From the human T2T-CHM13v2.0 reference genome, Homo sapiens, in the NCBI GenBank assembly GCA_009914755.4, contig CP086569.2, forward strand, positions 18,688,001 through 18,752,000: a stretch of DNA of 64,000 nucleotides, in the 5' to 3' direction. Position numbers and translations under genes: made by a program. A model generated the notes under the pieces. It was not told where the DNA came from, did not search any database, and saw only the letters and a program-made list of their open reading frames with translations. This document shows positions 42,087 to 54,257 of this stretch, piece after piece. Positions within the stretch are counted from its first letter, which is position 1; each line of letters begins with the position of its first letter.

Positions 42087-42777
42087 GTAAGTTTTATGTA
42101 AGAACTCCAAGAATTTTTTAGCATATTTTTTGAAATACATTTTAATGAATATATAAAATTTTAGTCATGTATAATTTATCCAAAGTCTTTCTCTCGAGAT
42201 GTTTAAACTGCCATTTCTACGGCAAAGAGGGGGATGACTAAAGTTAACTCAACAGTTCTTAATTTCAACCAACATCATATATGAAAGTGTAGACAGTGCT
42301 TTGGGTCTTAGAGTCCTCCTTGAATCCTATCTGTGGCCCAATTTCTTGTGTGCCTCTGGGCAGGTCCTTTGATTGCAGATTCCTCAGCTGTAAACTCTAG
42401 GATGTTTTCCACATTATAGGGTTGTTGAGGGAATTCAGTGAGTTAACGTATGAGCCTAGTTCATAGCAGGTGGCCAATATTATTATTGTTCTGTTTCTAC
42501 ATTAACCTGTTCTTTCCTTTCATCAGCAGCAGCTAGAATTTTTGACATTATAGTGTTATCTCACATATTAAAACTAAATGCAGTGCATTTACCACCTGCC
42601 ATTGCTTGTTTAATTTTCTGTTTATTTTTATGCTTGCTGTCTGAAGATGAAGCTGGAATTTTAGGCACTTAAAACATTTTTGCAAGTTGAACTTTTGTGA
42701 GAACTTTGTATGCCTTCTTATTCAAATATGGCATACAGTATACTAAGAAAAGAAAAGCTCTACGCAAAATGTTACTT

Positions 42778-43400
42778 TTTTTTTTTTTGAGACTGAGCCT
42801 CATTATGTCATTCAGTGTGGAGTGCACTAGTGTTATATCGGCTCACTACAATCATCACCTCCCAGGGTAAAGCAATTCTTGTGTCTCCACCTCCCGAGAA
42901 GCTCGGATTATAGCCATACCCCACCACACCAAGAAAATTATGTGTTTTTGTTTTGTTTTTGTTTTTTACTTTTTTACTTTTTAATTTTTTAAGATGGAGT
43001 CTCATTCTGTTGTCCAGGCTTGAGTGTAATGATGCAAACTGGGCTCACTGCTACCACTGCCTTTGTTTTCAAGTGATTTTTCCTGTTTCAACCTCCTGGG
43101 TAGCGGGGATTACAGACACCTGCTACCATGCCTGGCTAATATTTATAGTTTTAGTAGAGATTGGGTTTCACCATGTTGGCTGGAGTTGGCAAATTTTTTA
43201 CCTCAAGTGATCTGCCCATGATGGTCTCCCAGTGTGCTGGGATTACAGGCTTGAGCCAGTGTCTGGCTGTACTTTTAGTAGAGACCGGGATTTTCCTTGT
43301 TGCCCAAGGTAGTCTGGAAATTCTGAGCTCAAGCTATCCTCTCATGTTGGCCTCCCAAAGTGCTGGAGTTACAGGCGGGAGCCACCATGCCTGGCCATTT
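42778..43400 (-). mobile_element. Cluster of three adjacent Alu copies or fragments
   Basis: Poly-T at 42778 then gagactgagcctcattatgtcattcagtgtggagtgcactagtg... (partial Alu). A second Alu starts at about 42990 (aagatggagtctcattctgttgtccaggcttgagtgtaatgatgc...gggtttcaccatgttggctggag). A third fragment ends gggattacaggcgggagccaccatgcctggcc at about 43400. Confidence 0.85.
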
Positions 43401-43729
43401 TTACCTTATCTTTTCATATTTAAAACAAACCTATATTGGTATGATGAGTGACTGTTTTAAGTTCTTCAATGCCTATGCAAAATGGGGTTATAATCTTACT
43501 TAGAAGGACTTGCTTCATGGGATGTTGTCCATAAAACTTCCTCTGCCCCAACTGCAGGGCAGAAGACAATTTTTGTTACTGTAGTTTGCATCTTATTGCA
43601 GAGATTCAGACATCGGTTCAGTGACCTCAGTTAAATTGTGACGCTATGCTAAAAGGAGCCTGCCAGCTTTTACTTTTGCAGCACTGTAAAGTCATCATTC
43701 AAATGCAAATTTTCCTTGTTAACTTTCAG

Positions 43730-43892
43730 ATTGAGTTAATGTCTGTCAAAGCACAGTCTTTGGCAATAACAAAACAAATATATTGTGAATGAAAGTGTTC
43801 AAGAGATAAGTGACTATTTACTACTAAAGGAAGAAAAACTGGAAGAGAATAAAAATAAAAACATGCATCTCTTAAACCATATGTCCACCTCC
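43730..43892 (+). pseudogene. OFD1: OFD1-like exon (parent region [50 protein letters not shown]...) with frameshifts; truncated 3' by an Alu
   Basis: Acceptor aactttcag| then ATTGAGTTAATGTCTGTCAAAGCACAGTCTTTGGCAATAACAAAACAA... Translation [16 protein letters not shown], then [30 protein letters not shown] after a shift. The Alu at 43893 abuts it. Confidence 0.8.
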
Positions 43893-44122
43893 TATGTTCA
43901 AGAAATTCTCCTGCCTCTGCCTCTCAAGTAGGTAAGACTACAGGAATTTACCGCCCCCCCCCCCACCCGCTCCACACACACACAGCTAATTTTTATATGC
44001 TTAATAGAGACAGGGTTTCACCGTGTTGGCCAGGCTGGTCTCAATCTTTTGACCAAAATGTTCCACTAGTCTGGGCCTCACAAATAGCCAGGATTACAGA
44101 CATGAGCCACTGTGCATGGCTT
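43893..44122 (-). mobile_element. Alu SINE (3'-truncated) with a C-rich run
   Basis: gttcaagaaattctcctgcctctgcctctcaagtaggtaagactacaggaatttaccgcc...cagctaatttttatatgcttaatagagacagggtttcaccgtgttggccaggctggtctcaat...gggcctcacaaatagccaggattacagacatgagccactgtgcatggc. Confidence 0.85.
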
Positions 44123-44612
44123 GCATGTATTAGTGATTCATACTAAGTCAGTATAAAACTATGTTTTATACTTGTAAAGGAGGCTTAAATTGGAAAGATT
44201 TATAAAATTATGATTTCTGGATTAAACTCTGCTAACCTGCCTCTAGGTGGTGTCAAGGCATTTTTTTTACTCTCTGCCTGCTGATTGGGTTTGGCTAGTG
44301 GGGACACCAGCCTCCACATACAGTGGCCCTAGACTGGCTGCTTCATATCAAGTCCCAGAGAGGTCATAGTGCCTGTGATGACATCTTTCAAGTGCTCTGA
44401 ACCATCTCTGTCTCTCCAGTGCTGAGAATTTATCTCTCCCCTAATTCTCCATTACCAAGGAGTACAAAGACTATGGTCCTGTTACTATCCCAGGGAACTC
44501 CACTATCTTTTGTAGATACCCTGAATAAGTCCCTCTTTATTAAAAAGTTCTTAGATGACTTTGACTGTGGGGACCATCTGCCTTCTGTCTGGATCCCAGC
44601 TGCTTCTTACAG

Positions 44613-44652
44613 ATGCACAGATTATATTGGATCTCGAGTCTGTCACCAAAAG
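44613..44652 (+). pseudogene. OFD1: OFD1-like short exon (parent region KAQILGYKASVKS)
   Basis: Acceptor cttcttacag| then ATGCACAGATTATATTGGATCTCGAGTCTGTCACCAAAAG |gtagac. Translation (A)QIILDLESVTK compared with AQILGYKASVKS. It is 40 nt long and the donor is canonical. Confidence 0.6.
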
Positions 44653-45304
44653 GTAGACCAGATAGCACCTTGTGTGTATGGTAGAGGACAGAAACAGGCT
44701 TTCAGGTTAACATGAGAGTTTGAAAGAGTTCTTTTTCTTTCTGTGCCATCATGCATTCCACAAGCAATGAATGAATTGTTGTTTTTCCTGCAGCAAATCA
44801 GTTGTCATGTTTTAAAAATGGTTTAGCCATTCCAACAAATATAGATGGGCCATGCTAACTCGTTGTAATTTTCAGTCACTTAAAGATATATGAGTTTGAG
44901 CATCTTTTTGTTTGCTTGCCATCTTTGTATTTTCATTGGTGAGCTCAGCTTTTTACACATTGTCAATTGGGTAGTCTGTTTTATTGTTGAGTTTCAAGAT
45001 TTGCGTATTTTCAGTGCAAGTTTTTACCCCGATCTGTATTTTGCAGATATTTATTTTCAGTCTGTTGCTTATCTTTCTATTTCCTGAACAAGATTTTACT
45101 CAGAGTATAAGCTTTTAATATGAGAAACCTTAAATTATTAATTTTTTTTTTACCGTTGCTGATCGGCTTTGTTGTCATTTGTTAAAACTTGTGGCCAAAT
45201 CCAAGATCACATACATTTATGTCTGTGCTTTCTTCTAGAATTTGCATAGTTTTACATTTCCAGTTAATGGCTCCTTCACCATTAAAAAAAAAAAAAAAAA
45301 AATG

Positions 45305-48300
45305 AGGGGGAATTGCTGGCAAGATTGCTGAATAAAAACAGCTCCAGATTGCAGCTCCCAGAGAGATCAATGCAGAAGGTGAGTGATTCCTGCATTTCCA
45401 CCTGAGGTACACTGTTCATCTCACTGGGAATGGTTGGGCAGTGGGTGCAGTCCATGGAGTGTGAGATGAAGCAGGGTGAGGCATCACCTCACCGGGGAAG
45501 CCTGAGAAACCAAGGGCCCTATTCCAGATATGCGCTTCTCCCATGGTCTTCACAACCTACAGACCAGGATATTCCCTTTGGTGCCTACCCCATGAAGGCC
45601 GTGGGTTTCAAGCACAAAACTGGGCAGCTGTTAGAGCAAACACTGAACTAGCTGAAAGAATTTTTTTTTTGTTTGTTTGTTTTCATACCTCAATTGTGCC
45701 TGGCATGTTAAGGAGACAGAACCGTTCACTCCCCTGGAGAGAGGTGATGAGGCCAAGGAGCCAAGTGGTCTGGCTTGGGGAGTGACACCCCCTACAGAGG
45801 CAAACAAACTAAGGTTCACTGGCTTGAAATTCTCTCTGCCAGCACAGCAGCAGTCTGAGATCGACCTGAAATACTCGAGCTTGTCTAGGGGGAGGGTCAT
45901 CCGCCATTGCTGAGCCTTGAGTAGGCCATTTTACCTTTGTAGTGTAAATAAAACCACAGGGAAGTTTGAATTGGTTGGAGCCAACTGCAGCTCAGCAAGG
46001 CTGATGTGGCTAGGCTGCCAGATTTCTCCTCTCTATGCAAGACTTTTCTGAAAAAATGACAGAATCCCCAGTCAGGGGCTTATAAATAAAACCCCGGTCT
46101 CCCTGGGACAGAACATCTGGGGGAAGGGGCAGCCATGGATGCAGCATCACAGACTTCAACATAACTGCCTGATGGCTGTGAAGAGAGCAGCAGACCTCCC
46201 ATCACAGCGTTTGAGCTCTGCTAATGGTCAGACTGCCTTCTCAAGTGGATCCATGGCCTCTGTGTATCCTGACTGGGAGACACCTCATACAGGAGAGCAC
46301 TGGCTGGAATCTGAAGGTGCCCCTTGGGGATGAAGCTTCCAGAGAAAAGAACAGGCAGCAATCAATGAGGCAGAAAATTAACAAGGATTTGCAGGACCTG
46401 AAATCAGCTGTGGACTAAGTAAACCTAATAGACATCTGCAGAACTATCCACCCCCAATCAACAGAATATACATTCTTCTCGGTGTCACATAACATGTATT
46501 CAAAAATTGACCACATAATTGGAAGTAAAACACTCCTCAACAAATGCCAAAGAATGCAAATTATAACAAAGAGCCTTCCAGACCATAGTGCAATCAAATT
46601 AGAACCCAGATTAAGAAACTCACTCAAAACCACACAACAACATAGAAATTGAACAACCTGTTCCTAAATCACTGATGAGTAAATAACAAAATAAGGCAGA
46701 AATAAAGATGTTCTTTGATACCAATGATAATGAAGACACAACGTATCACCATCTCTGGGGCACATTTAAAGCAGTGTGTAGAGAAAAATTGATAGCATTA
46801 AATGCCCACAAGATAAAGCAGGAAAGATCTAAAATAGACACGCTAACATTAAAATGAAAAGAAATAGTGAAGTAACAGCAAACCAATTCAAAAGCTAGCA
46901 GAAGACAAGAAATAACTAACATCAGAGAAGAACTAAAGGAGATAGTTCAAAAAAAACTTTCAAAAATCAATAAATCCACGCGCTGGTTTTTTGAGAATAT
47001 CAACAAAATAGATAGACCACTAGCCAAAATAATAAAGAAGAAAAGAGAGAAAAATAAAATAGATGCAACAAAAACTGATATAGGGAATATCACCACTGAT
47101 CCCACAGAAATAGAAACTACCATCAGATAATACTATAAACAGCTCTCGGCAAATAAACTAGATAATCTAAAAGAAATGGATAAATGCCTTGACGTATACA
47201 CCCTCCCATGTCTACACCAGGAAGATGTTAAATTCATGAATAGACCATTAACAAGTTCTGAAACTGAGGCAGTAACTGATAGCCTACCAACCAAGAAAAT
47301 CCAGTACCAGACAGATTCATAGCCGAATTCTACCAGAGATACAAAGAGGAACTGGTACCATTCCTTCTGATATTATTACAAACAATAAAAAAAGGAAATC
47401 CTCCTTAAATAATTTTATGAGGCCAGCATTATTCTGATGCTAAAAACCTGGCAGAGGCTCACCAAAAAAGAAAATTTCAGGCCAATATCCCTCATGAACA
47501 TTGCTGTGAAAATCCTCAATAAAATACTGGCAAACTGAATCCAGCAGCACATCATAAAGCTTATCCACCACGATTATGTCAGCTTTATCCCTGGGATACA
47601 AGGCTAGTTCAACATACGCATATCAGTAAATGTAACACATCACATAAACAGAACAAATGACAAAAACCACATGATTATCTTCATAGATGCAGAAAAGGAC
47701 TTCATCAAAATTCAACACCCCTTTATGTAAAATCTCTCAGTCAACTAGGTAAGGATGGAAGGTATCTCAAAATAATAAGACCTACTTATGGCAAAGCCAC
47801 CGCCAATATCATACCGAATGGGCAAAAATTGGAAGCATTCCCGTTGGAAACCTGTACGATGCAAGGATACACTCTGTTTTCACTCTTATTCAAAATTGTA
47901 TTGAAACTTCTGGCCAGGGCAATCAGGCAAGAGGAAGAAATAAATAAAGGGTATTCAAATCGGAAGAGAGGAAGTCAAATCGTCTCTGTTTGCAGAGGTC
48001 ATTATTATATACTTAGAAAACCCGCCATCTCAGCACAAAATCACCTTGAGCTGGTAAGCAACTTCAGATAAGCCTCAGGATTCAAAATCAATGTGCAAAA
48101 ATCACAAGCATTCCTACACACAATAACAGAGAAACAGACAGTGAAATTATGGGTAAACTCCCATTCACAGTTGCTACTAAGTGAATAAAATGCCTAGGAA
48201 TACAACTTACAGGGGATGTGAAGAAACTATTCAAGGAGAACTTCAAACCAATGCTCAAGGAAATAATAGAGGGCATAAAGAAATGAAAAAACCTTCCATG

Positions 48301-49844
48301 CTCATGGATAGGCAGATCAATATTGTAAAAATGGCCATACTACCCAAAGTAATTTATAGATTCAGTGCTATCCCCATCAAGCTACCAATCACTTTCTTCA
48401 CAGAATTGGAAAAAACCTTAAAATTCATATGGAACCAAAAAAGAGCCTGCACAGCCAAGACAATCTTAAGCAAAAAGAACAAAGCTGGAGGCATCACACT
48501 ACCTGACTTCAAACTATATTACAAGGCTACAGTAACCAAAACAGCACGGTACTTGTACCAAAATAGATATATAGACTAATGGAACAGCATAGTGGCCTCA
48601 GAAATAATACGACACATCTACTACCATCTGATCTTTGACAAACCTGAAACAAGCAAGCAATGGGGGAAATATTTTCCCTTTAATGAATGACGTTGAAAAA
48701 ACTGGCTAGCTATTCAGAAAACTGAAACTGGACCACTTCCTTATACCTTATGCAAAAATGAACTCAAGATGGATTAAAGAATTAAACGTAAGGATTAAAA
48801 CCATAAAATACCTAGAAGAAAACCTAGGCAATACCATTCAGGACATAGGCATGTGCAAAGTCTTCATGTTTAAACACCAAGAGCGATGGCAATAAAAGCC
48901 AAAATTGACAGATGGGATCTAATTAAACTAAAGAGCTTCTGCACAGCAAAATAAACTATCAACAACGTGAACAGACAACCTACAGAATGGGTGAAAAATC
49001 TTGCAATCTATCTATCTGAGACAAGGCTAATATCAGGAATCTACAGGGAACTTAAACAAGTTTACAAGAAATAAACAAACAACCTCATCAAACAGTGGGC
49101 AAAGGATATGAACAGACACTCCACAAAAGAAGACTTTGATGCCGCCAAGAAACATATGAAAAAATGCTCATTAATTTATCACTCGTTATTAGAGAAATAC
49201 AAATCCAAACCACAGTGAGATACCCTCTCAAACCAGTTAGAATGGCGATCATTAAAATATCAGAAAACTGCAGATGCTGCAGAGGATGTGGAGAAATAGA
49301 AATGCTTTTACAGTGTTGGTGGGATTGTTAATAATTTAACCCTTGTGGAAGACTAGGATCTTGTGGAAGACAAGAAATACCGTTTGACCCAGCAATCCCC
49401 TTACTGCGCGTATAACCAAAGGACTATAAATCATTCTACTATAAAGACACATGCACACGTATATTTATCGCAGCACTATTCACAGTAGCAAATACTTGGA
49501 ACCAACCCAAATGTACATCAATAATAGACTGAATAAAGAAAAGGTGACACATATACACCATGGGATAGTATGCAGCCGTAAAAGTGGATGAGTTCATGTC
49601 TTTTGCAGGGACATGAAAGAAGCTGGCAAACATCATTCTCAGCAATCTATCAGAAAAAAAGAAAACCAAACACCACATGTTCTCATTTTCAAGTGCGAGT
49701 TGAACAATGAGTACACATGGACACAGGGAGAAAAACATCACATGGTGGCGGGTGGTGGGATAGTGCGGAGAAAACATTAGGAGAAATACCTAATGTAGGT
49801 GATGAGTTGATGGGTGCAGCAAACCACCATGGCATCGTAGTTTG
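45305..49844 (+). mobile_element. Old L1 LINE (L1PA/L1PB-like), near full length
   Basis: Starts gggggaattgctggcaagattgctgaataaaaacagctccagattgcagctcccagagag (compare the L1 5' end GGGGGAGGAGCCAAGATGGCCGAATAGGAACAGCTCC). ORF2-derived translations run throughout, with many stops (...IDICRTIHPQSTEYTFFSVSHNMYSKIDHIIGSK..., ...[21 protein letters not shown]..., 48181-48579 ...[39 protein letters not shown]..., ...KKHMKKCSLI...). The 3'UTR reads ...ggtgcagcaaaccaccatggca at 49690-49844. Confidence 0.9.
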
Positions 49845-50745
49845 CATTTCTCTAATGGCCAGTGATGATGAGCATTTTTCGTATGTTGGTTGCATAAATG
49901 TCTTCCTTTGAGAAGTGCGAACAGACACTTTTCAAAGGACATACAGGCAGCCAATAAACTTATTTTTAAAAGCTCAATATTATTGATTATTAAAGAAGTG
50001 CAAATCAAAGAAAAAAAACAATGACATACCATCTCATACCTGTCAGAATGGCTATTATCGTAAAGAAATTTATAACAGATGCAGGCGAGGTTACAGAAAT
50101 CAAGGAAAAATTATGCACTGTTGGTAGGAATGTAAATTAGTTCAACTGTTGGGGAAAGCAGTAGGGCAATTCCTCAAAGACTGGAAAGCAGAACTACTGT
50201 TCAACCCAGCATTCCCTTTACTGGATATGTACTCAAAGGAATATAAATCATTATACCATAAAGACACATGAATGCAAATGTTCATGCGGACTCTTCCCAA
50301 CAGAAGACATGGAATTAATCTAAATGCCCATCAGTGATGGTTTGGATTAAAGAAAATGTGGCACATACCCACACAAAATACTATGCCGCCATAAAAAAGA
50401 ATACAGTTATGCCTTTGAGGGAACATGGATGGAGCTGGAGGATATTATCTTTAGCAAAGTAATGTAGGAACAGTAAACCAAATATCACATATTTTCACTA
50501 GAAGTGGGAGCTAAATGATGACAACTCATGAACACAAAGAAGGGAACAATAGGCATGGGACCTACTTGAGGGTGGAGGGTGGGAAAAGAGAGACCAGCAG
50601 GAAAAATAACTATTGAGTCCTAGACTTAATACCTGGATGATGAAATAATCTATACAACGAACGTCCGTGACAGGAGTTTACCTATATAACAAACCTTCAC
50701 ACGTACACCTGAAACTAAAACAAACAAACAAAAAGAAACCAAGAT
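49845..50745 (+). mobile_element. L1 3' segment whose first 80 bp or so (49845-49926) are inverted. Consistent with twin-priming 5' inversion.
   Basis: 49845-49926 on the minus strand encodes the ORF2 motif ...SSLAIREMQ (minus ORF 49689-49928). From 49927 the plus strand encodes the same ORF2 region onward (ANK..IKEVQIK...YLSEWLL...VQPSIPFTGYVLKG...) to the 3'UTR end ...acaaaccttcacacgtacacctgaaactaaaacaaac at about 50745. Confidence 0.7.
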
Positions 50746-50789
50746 AATAGGCAACATTTCCATTTGAATTTCTAAAATGACGGCTTTGA

Positions 50790-51036
50790 ACAGTCTGACC
50801 TCTGCTTTTATTTGGTGCCGCAGGCCAGCCAGGCGGGGCGTCGCACGTGGCTGCTTCACCTTGACCATGAGTGTCCTGCAGTTCTTCCGGCTGCTAGCAG
50901 GGGACGCAAGAGTCTGCCTCTTCTGACCCTGGGAGTGCAGGTGTTTTCAGCGCATGCTGCTTGAGGGGGAGAGCAGCGTTCTTCTCAGCACAGACCAGAG
51001 CAACAACGCCTTGCTGTGGGACAGCTGCAGGGAGTG
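50790..51036 (+). other. Orphan CpG-rich exon-like block with an ATG at 50867 and a strong GTAAGT donor at 51037. Candidate 5' exon or promoter remnant of an unidentified transcript or pseudogene.
   Basis: tgccgcaggccagccaggcggggcgtcgcacgtggctgcttcaccttgaccATGagtgtcctgcagttcttccggctgctagcagggg...acagctgcagggagtg|gtaagtaaaaac. GC-rich amid AT-rich DNA. The ORF from the ATG stops after 19 codons. Confidence 0.35.
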
Positions 51037-51214
51037 GTAAGTAAAAACTTCCCTCTGACTGCTGAGGATCAGGGACCCAGGAGAAGTGCTTCTTGTGGAA
51101 AATTAAACATAAAAATATCCCATGGCTTTAGTGCACCCCAACGTCCTTCCCCACACACAAGGTGTAGTGGCCACAATGCCAGGTCCACACTGTGGCCTCA
51201 TGCCACAAATGTAT

Positions 51215-51790
51215 CATTCGTCATATAACATCTGTAATAGACATATAACATCTGTAAACAAATATATCAACCATAATACAGATGTGTCATTCCTAATACT
51301 AATGTAACACCTGAAATACTGATCTAACACCCATATTACCACTGTAACACTCATTAACAGCAATAAAACACTCATAATACCAGTATACCATCTGAAACAC
51401 AAATATAACAACCATAATACTGATCTAAGACCCATAATACAAGCATCACTCTCATAATACCAATATACAACCCACAATACAAATGAAACACCCATAACAC
51501 TTATGTAACATGTGTAATGCTGTCCTGACACCTCTAATACAACTGTAACACTCATAATACCAATATACCACTCATAATACCAGTATATCATCCTGCAATA
51601 CAAATATAGCAACGGTAATACTGATGTAACAACTGTAATACTGATGTAACACCGGTAATACTAACACCCATAATACTAACACAACATCTGTAATACAAAT
51701 GAAACAACCATAATACTGATGTAACACCCATAATTACTGACGTAACACTCATCATAAAGATGTAACACCTGCAATACTGACATAACATTC
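51215..51790. repeat. Minisatellite of about 28 imperfect 20-bp units (consensus near TAATACTGATGTAACACCCA)
   Basis: ...taatactgatgtaacaactg taatactgatgtaacaccgg taatactaacacccataatactaacacaacatctg taatacaaatgaaacaaccataatactgatgtaacacccataat... The ORFs at 51214-51612(-) and 51588-51827(-) (VTSVLWL.. repeats) are translations of this array. Confidence 0.9.
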
Positions 51791-54257
51791 CTACTCTTAC
51801 TGGGGCACTTTCTTTCAGAGCTTCCACTGAGCTGGATTTGGGTTGGATTTGGCCTCTATAATGATGTTTGATGTTGTTGTCTCTGCTTTAGTGAAAAGGT
51901 ATTGACATGGTTGTTTTTATTAAAAAGTAGTTTATTTCTCAATAATTTCATACTTCTAGGAAACTTCCAATAGCTATTAGTATAGATTAATCCTCTCTTC
52001 CAGAATCTCCAGTGGTTTCTGCTGTGCCAGATTTGAAGCTTTATGCAGAATATCCCAGTGGGTTTTACAAAAAGTGGAGACATTCTCCAAGGGTACCACC
52101 ACATAACTACAACATCAGGAAATACAGGATTGGTACTGGTAATGGTAATGGCAAAATATTCACTTACAAACACAAGTTTCATCCTGTCACTCTCCTGATT
52201 TAATTTTGCCAGTGGTTTCCCACTGACCTTAGAACAAGAACCATAGAACTCACCATGGCTGCAGACCCCAAGTTCTCCTGCCTGTTTCCCGTGCCCACTC
52301 AGTCCGCTCAACTGCCTGCAGTCTCATCTGATTTTAATTGTGGGAACACAGTGTCTGGAGTGTCTCAGGAATTTTATGTGCTATCTCTCAATCTATTCAC
52401 CTAGTGCCCACACTTATCTAATTTCCCAAGGCTTTGTCCAGCTAATAAAGTCAGAGCTTGTGCTATTTAACTGTAGAAAAGATAATAATGTGCTGTTTCT
52501 AAAGATGAAAAGAAATTCATTATTTGTTAGGTAATTGATGAGATCACTCTCAACTTATAAATCAAGGAAATGATAGTTAATGCAATGAAAGTTCATGTTT
52601 GGGGAAATTAGTAAATACAACATCTCAGTGCTGAAGACAAATGACCCTATTAATTATTGAAATTACATAAGAATTTATTGGGCAGACTGTTACCTTGCTA
52701 TCTTCCGTAACTGTGTGTTATTAATTCCAAGTTATGTTAGGTTTAAGTACTTACATGTAACGTAGTGCATCAATACATTTAAGTGACAAAAAAGTCCTAG
52801 AACATGACATGACAATTCATATAAATATTTGTAAACCTCCTTAACTGTACAGTGTAAAGTAAATAAAGTAAGCTTAGCTATTTAAGCAGATGAGTTGTTA
52901 ATATTTGAATATTGAAATGCTGTGAGGGTATGTAATTATGTCACAGCTTTGATATGAGACTTGGGGCATTTGTGTATCCATGTACCTCATTAACTTAATG
53001 ACTTCCCTTATTACTTCCTTCTGGATGATAAATTTTGGGCCCATGGAGGCTGAGGGACAAACTGTCAGCTCTATTGGAAACTCTAGTCCAGCAAGAAAGT
53101 TTTCATTTCAGAATATTATTTCCTGCCAGATATTTATTTTCTCATCCAAGCAAACTTGCTCCCCAGCAATATTGTTACCTTAGCTGCTCCTCAGGTCAAG
53201 CTGGACAGGACTAATTTTCCCACACGGAATCACATGACTATGAGGAAAGCTTATTTAGGAAACACCTGATGGAGTAAAACTTATATATTTTACTGGTCAT
53301 CTTTTTATGTGCTTGTATTCCATATGCATGTCTTTTTGGTGAAGTGTGTAGTCAACTACTTCTCTGTTTTGTACCTGGATTGTTTGTCTTTTTTTTTTGT
53401 TACTGGGGTATGCAAAGTCTTCATACATTGTCGATAACAGACTGTTGTTACACACATAAAATGCAAGCCTTCCTTTCTGTACCATGTCTTTTCACTTTCT
53501 TGATAGTGTCTTTTGATGCACAAAAATGTTTAATTTTGAGAAAATTCTTTCTTTAGTTGACTGTGCTTTTGGTATCAGATCTAAGAAACCACTGCTAAAT
53601 CCAACATTATGAAGATCTATCCCCATATTTTCTTCTAAAGTTTCTTTTTTTACCTCTAATATGTAGGCTTTGAAACATTTTCTGTTAATTTTATTTTCTG
53701 TTGTGAGAAAAGTACAATTTCTTTGTCTGAATGCGGTATTCAGTTGCATAACAGCATTTGTTGAATTTACTGATCTTGGTTACATGTCAAAAATCAATTG
53801 TCTACAATTGACAATTGTAGACAATTGTAGAGGTACCGTTGGATTTAACCTTCAGTTCCATTGACCTCTGTGTGTGTCCTTATACCAGTATTATGCTGTT
53901 TTGATGACTGCTGCTTAGCAGTAATATTTGAAATTGAGAAATGTGAGTCTCTAAGTTGGTTTTTGTTTTCAAGAATATTTTGGCTATTCAGGATCCCCTG
54001 AAAAGTATATGAATGTTAGAATTGGCTTGTCCATTTCTGCCAAAAGGACTTTGGTATTTTCATAGAAATCACAATGAATTTGCAGTTTGCTTTGTGCAGT
54101 ATTGTCACATAAAAAATCATCTTCTAATCCAAAAGCATTGAGTGTCTTTATGTTTATGTAGGGTTTCTGGAATTTATTTCAGCAGTATTTTGTAATTTTT
54201 CATGTCAAATTCTTGCACCTTGATAAAAGTTTGTCTGGAAAACTTTATGATCATTGG

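Noticed and set aside
51214-51827. Two longish minus-strand ORFs (132 and 79 aa) with periodic VTSVLWL motifs
   Set aside because: They are a periodic translation of the 20-bp minisatellite. There are no start or splice signals and no homology.
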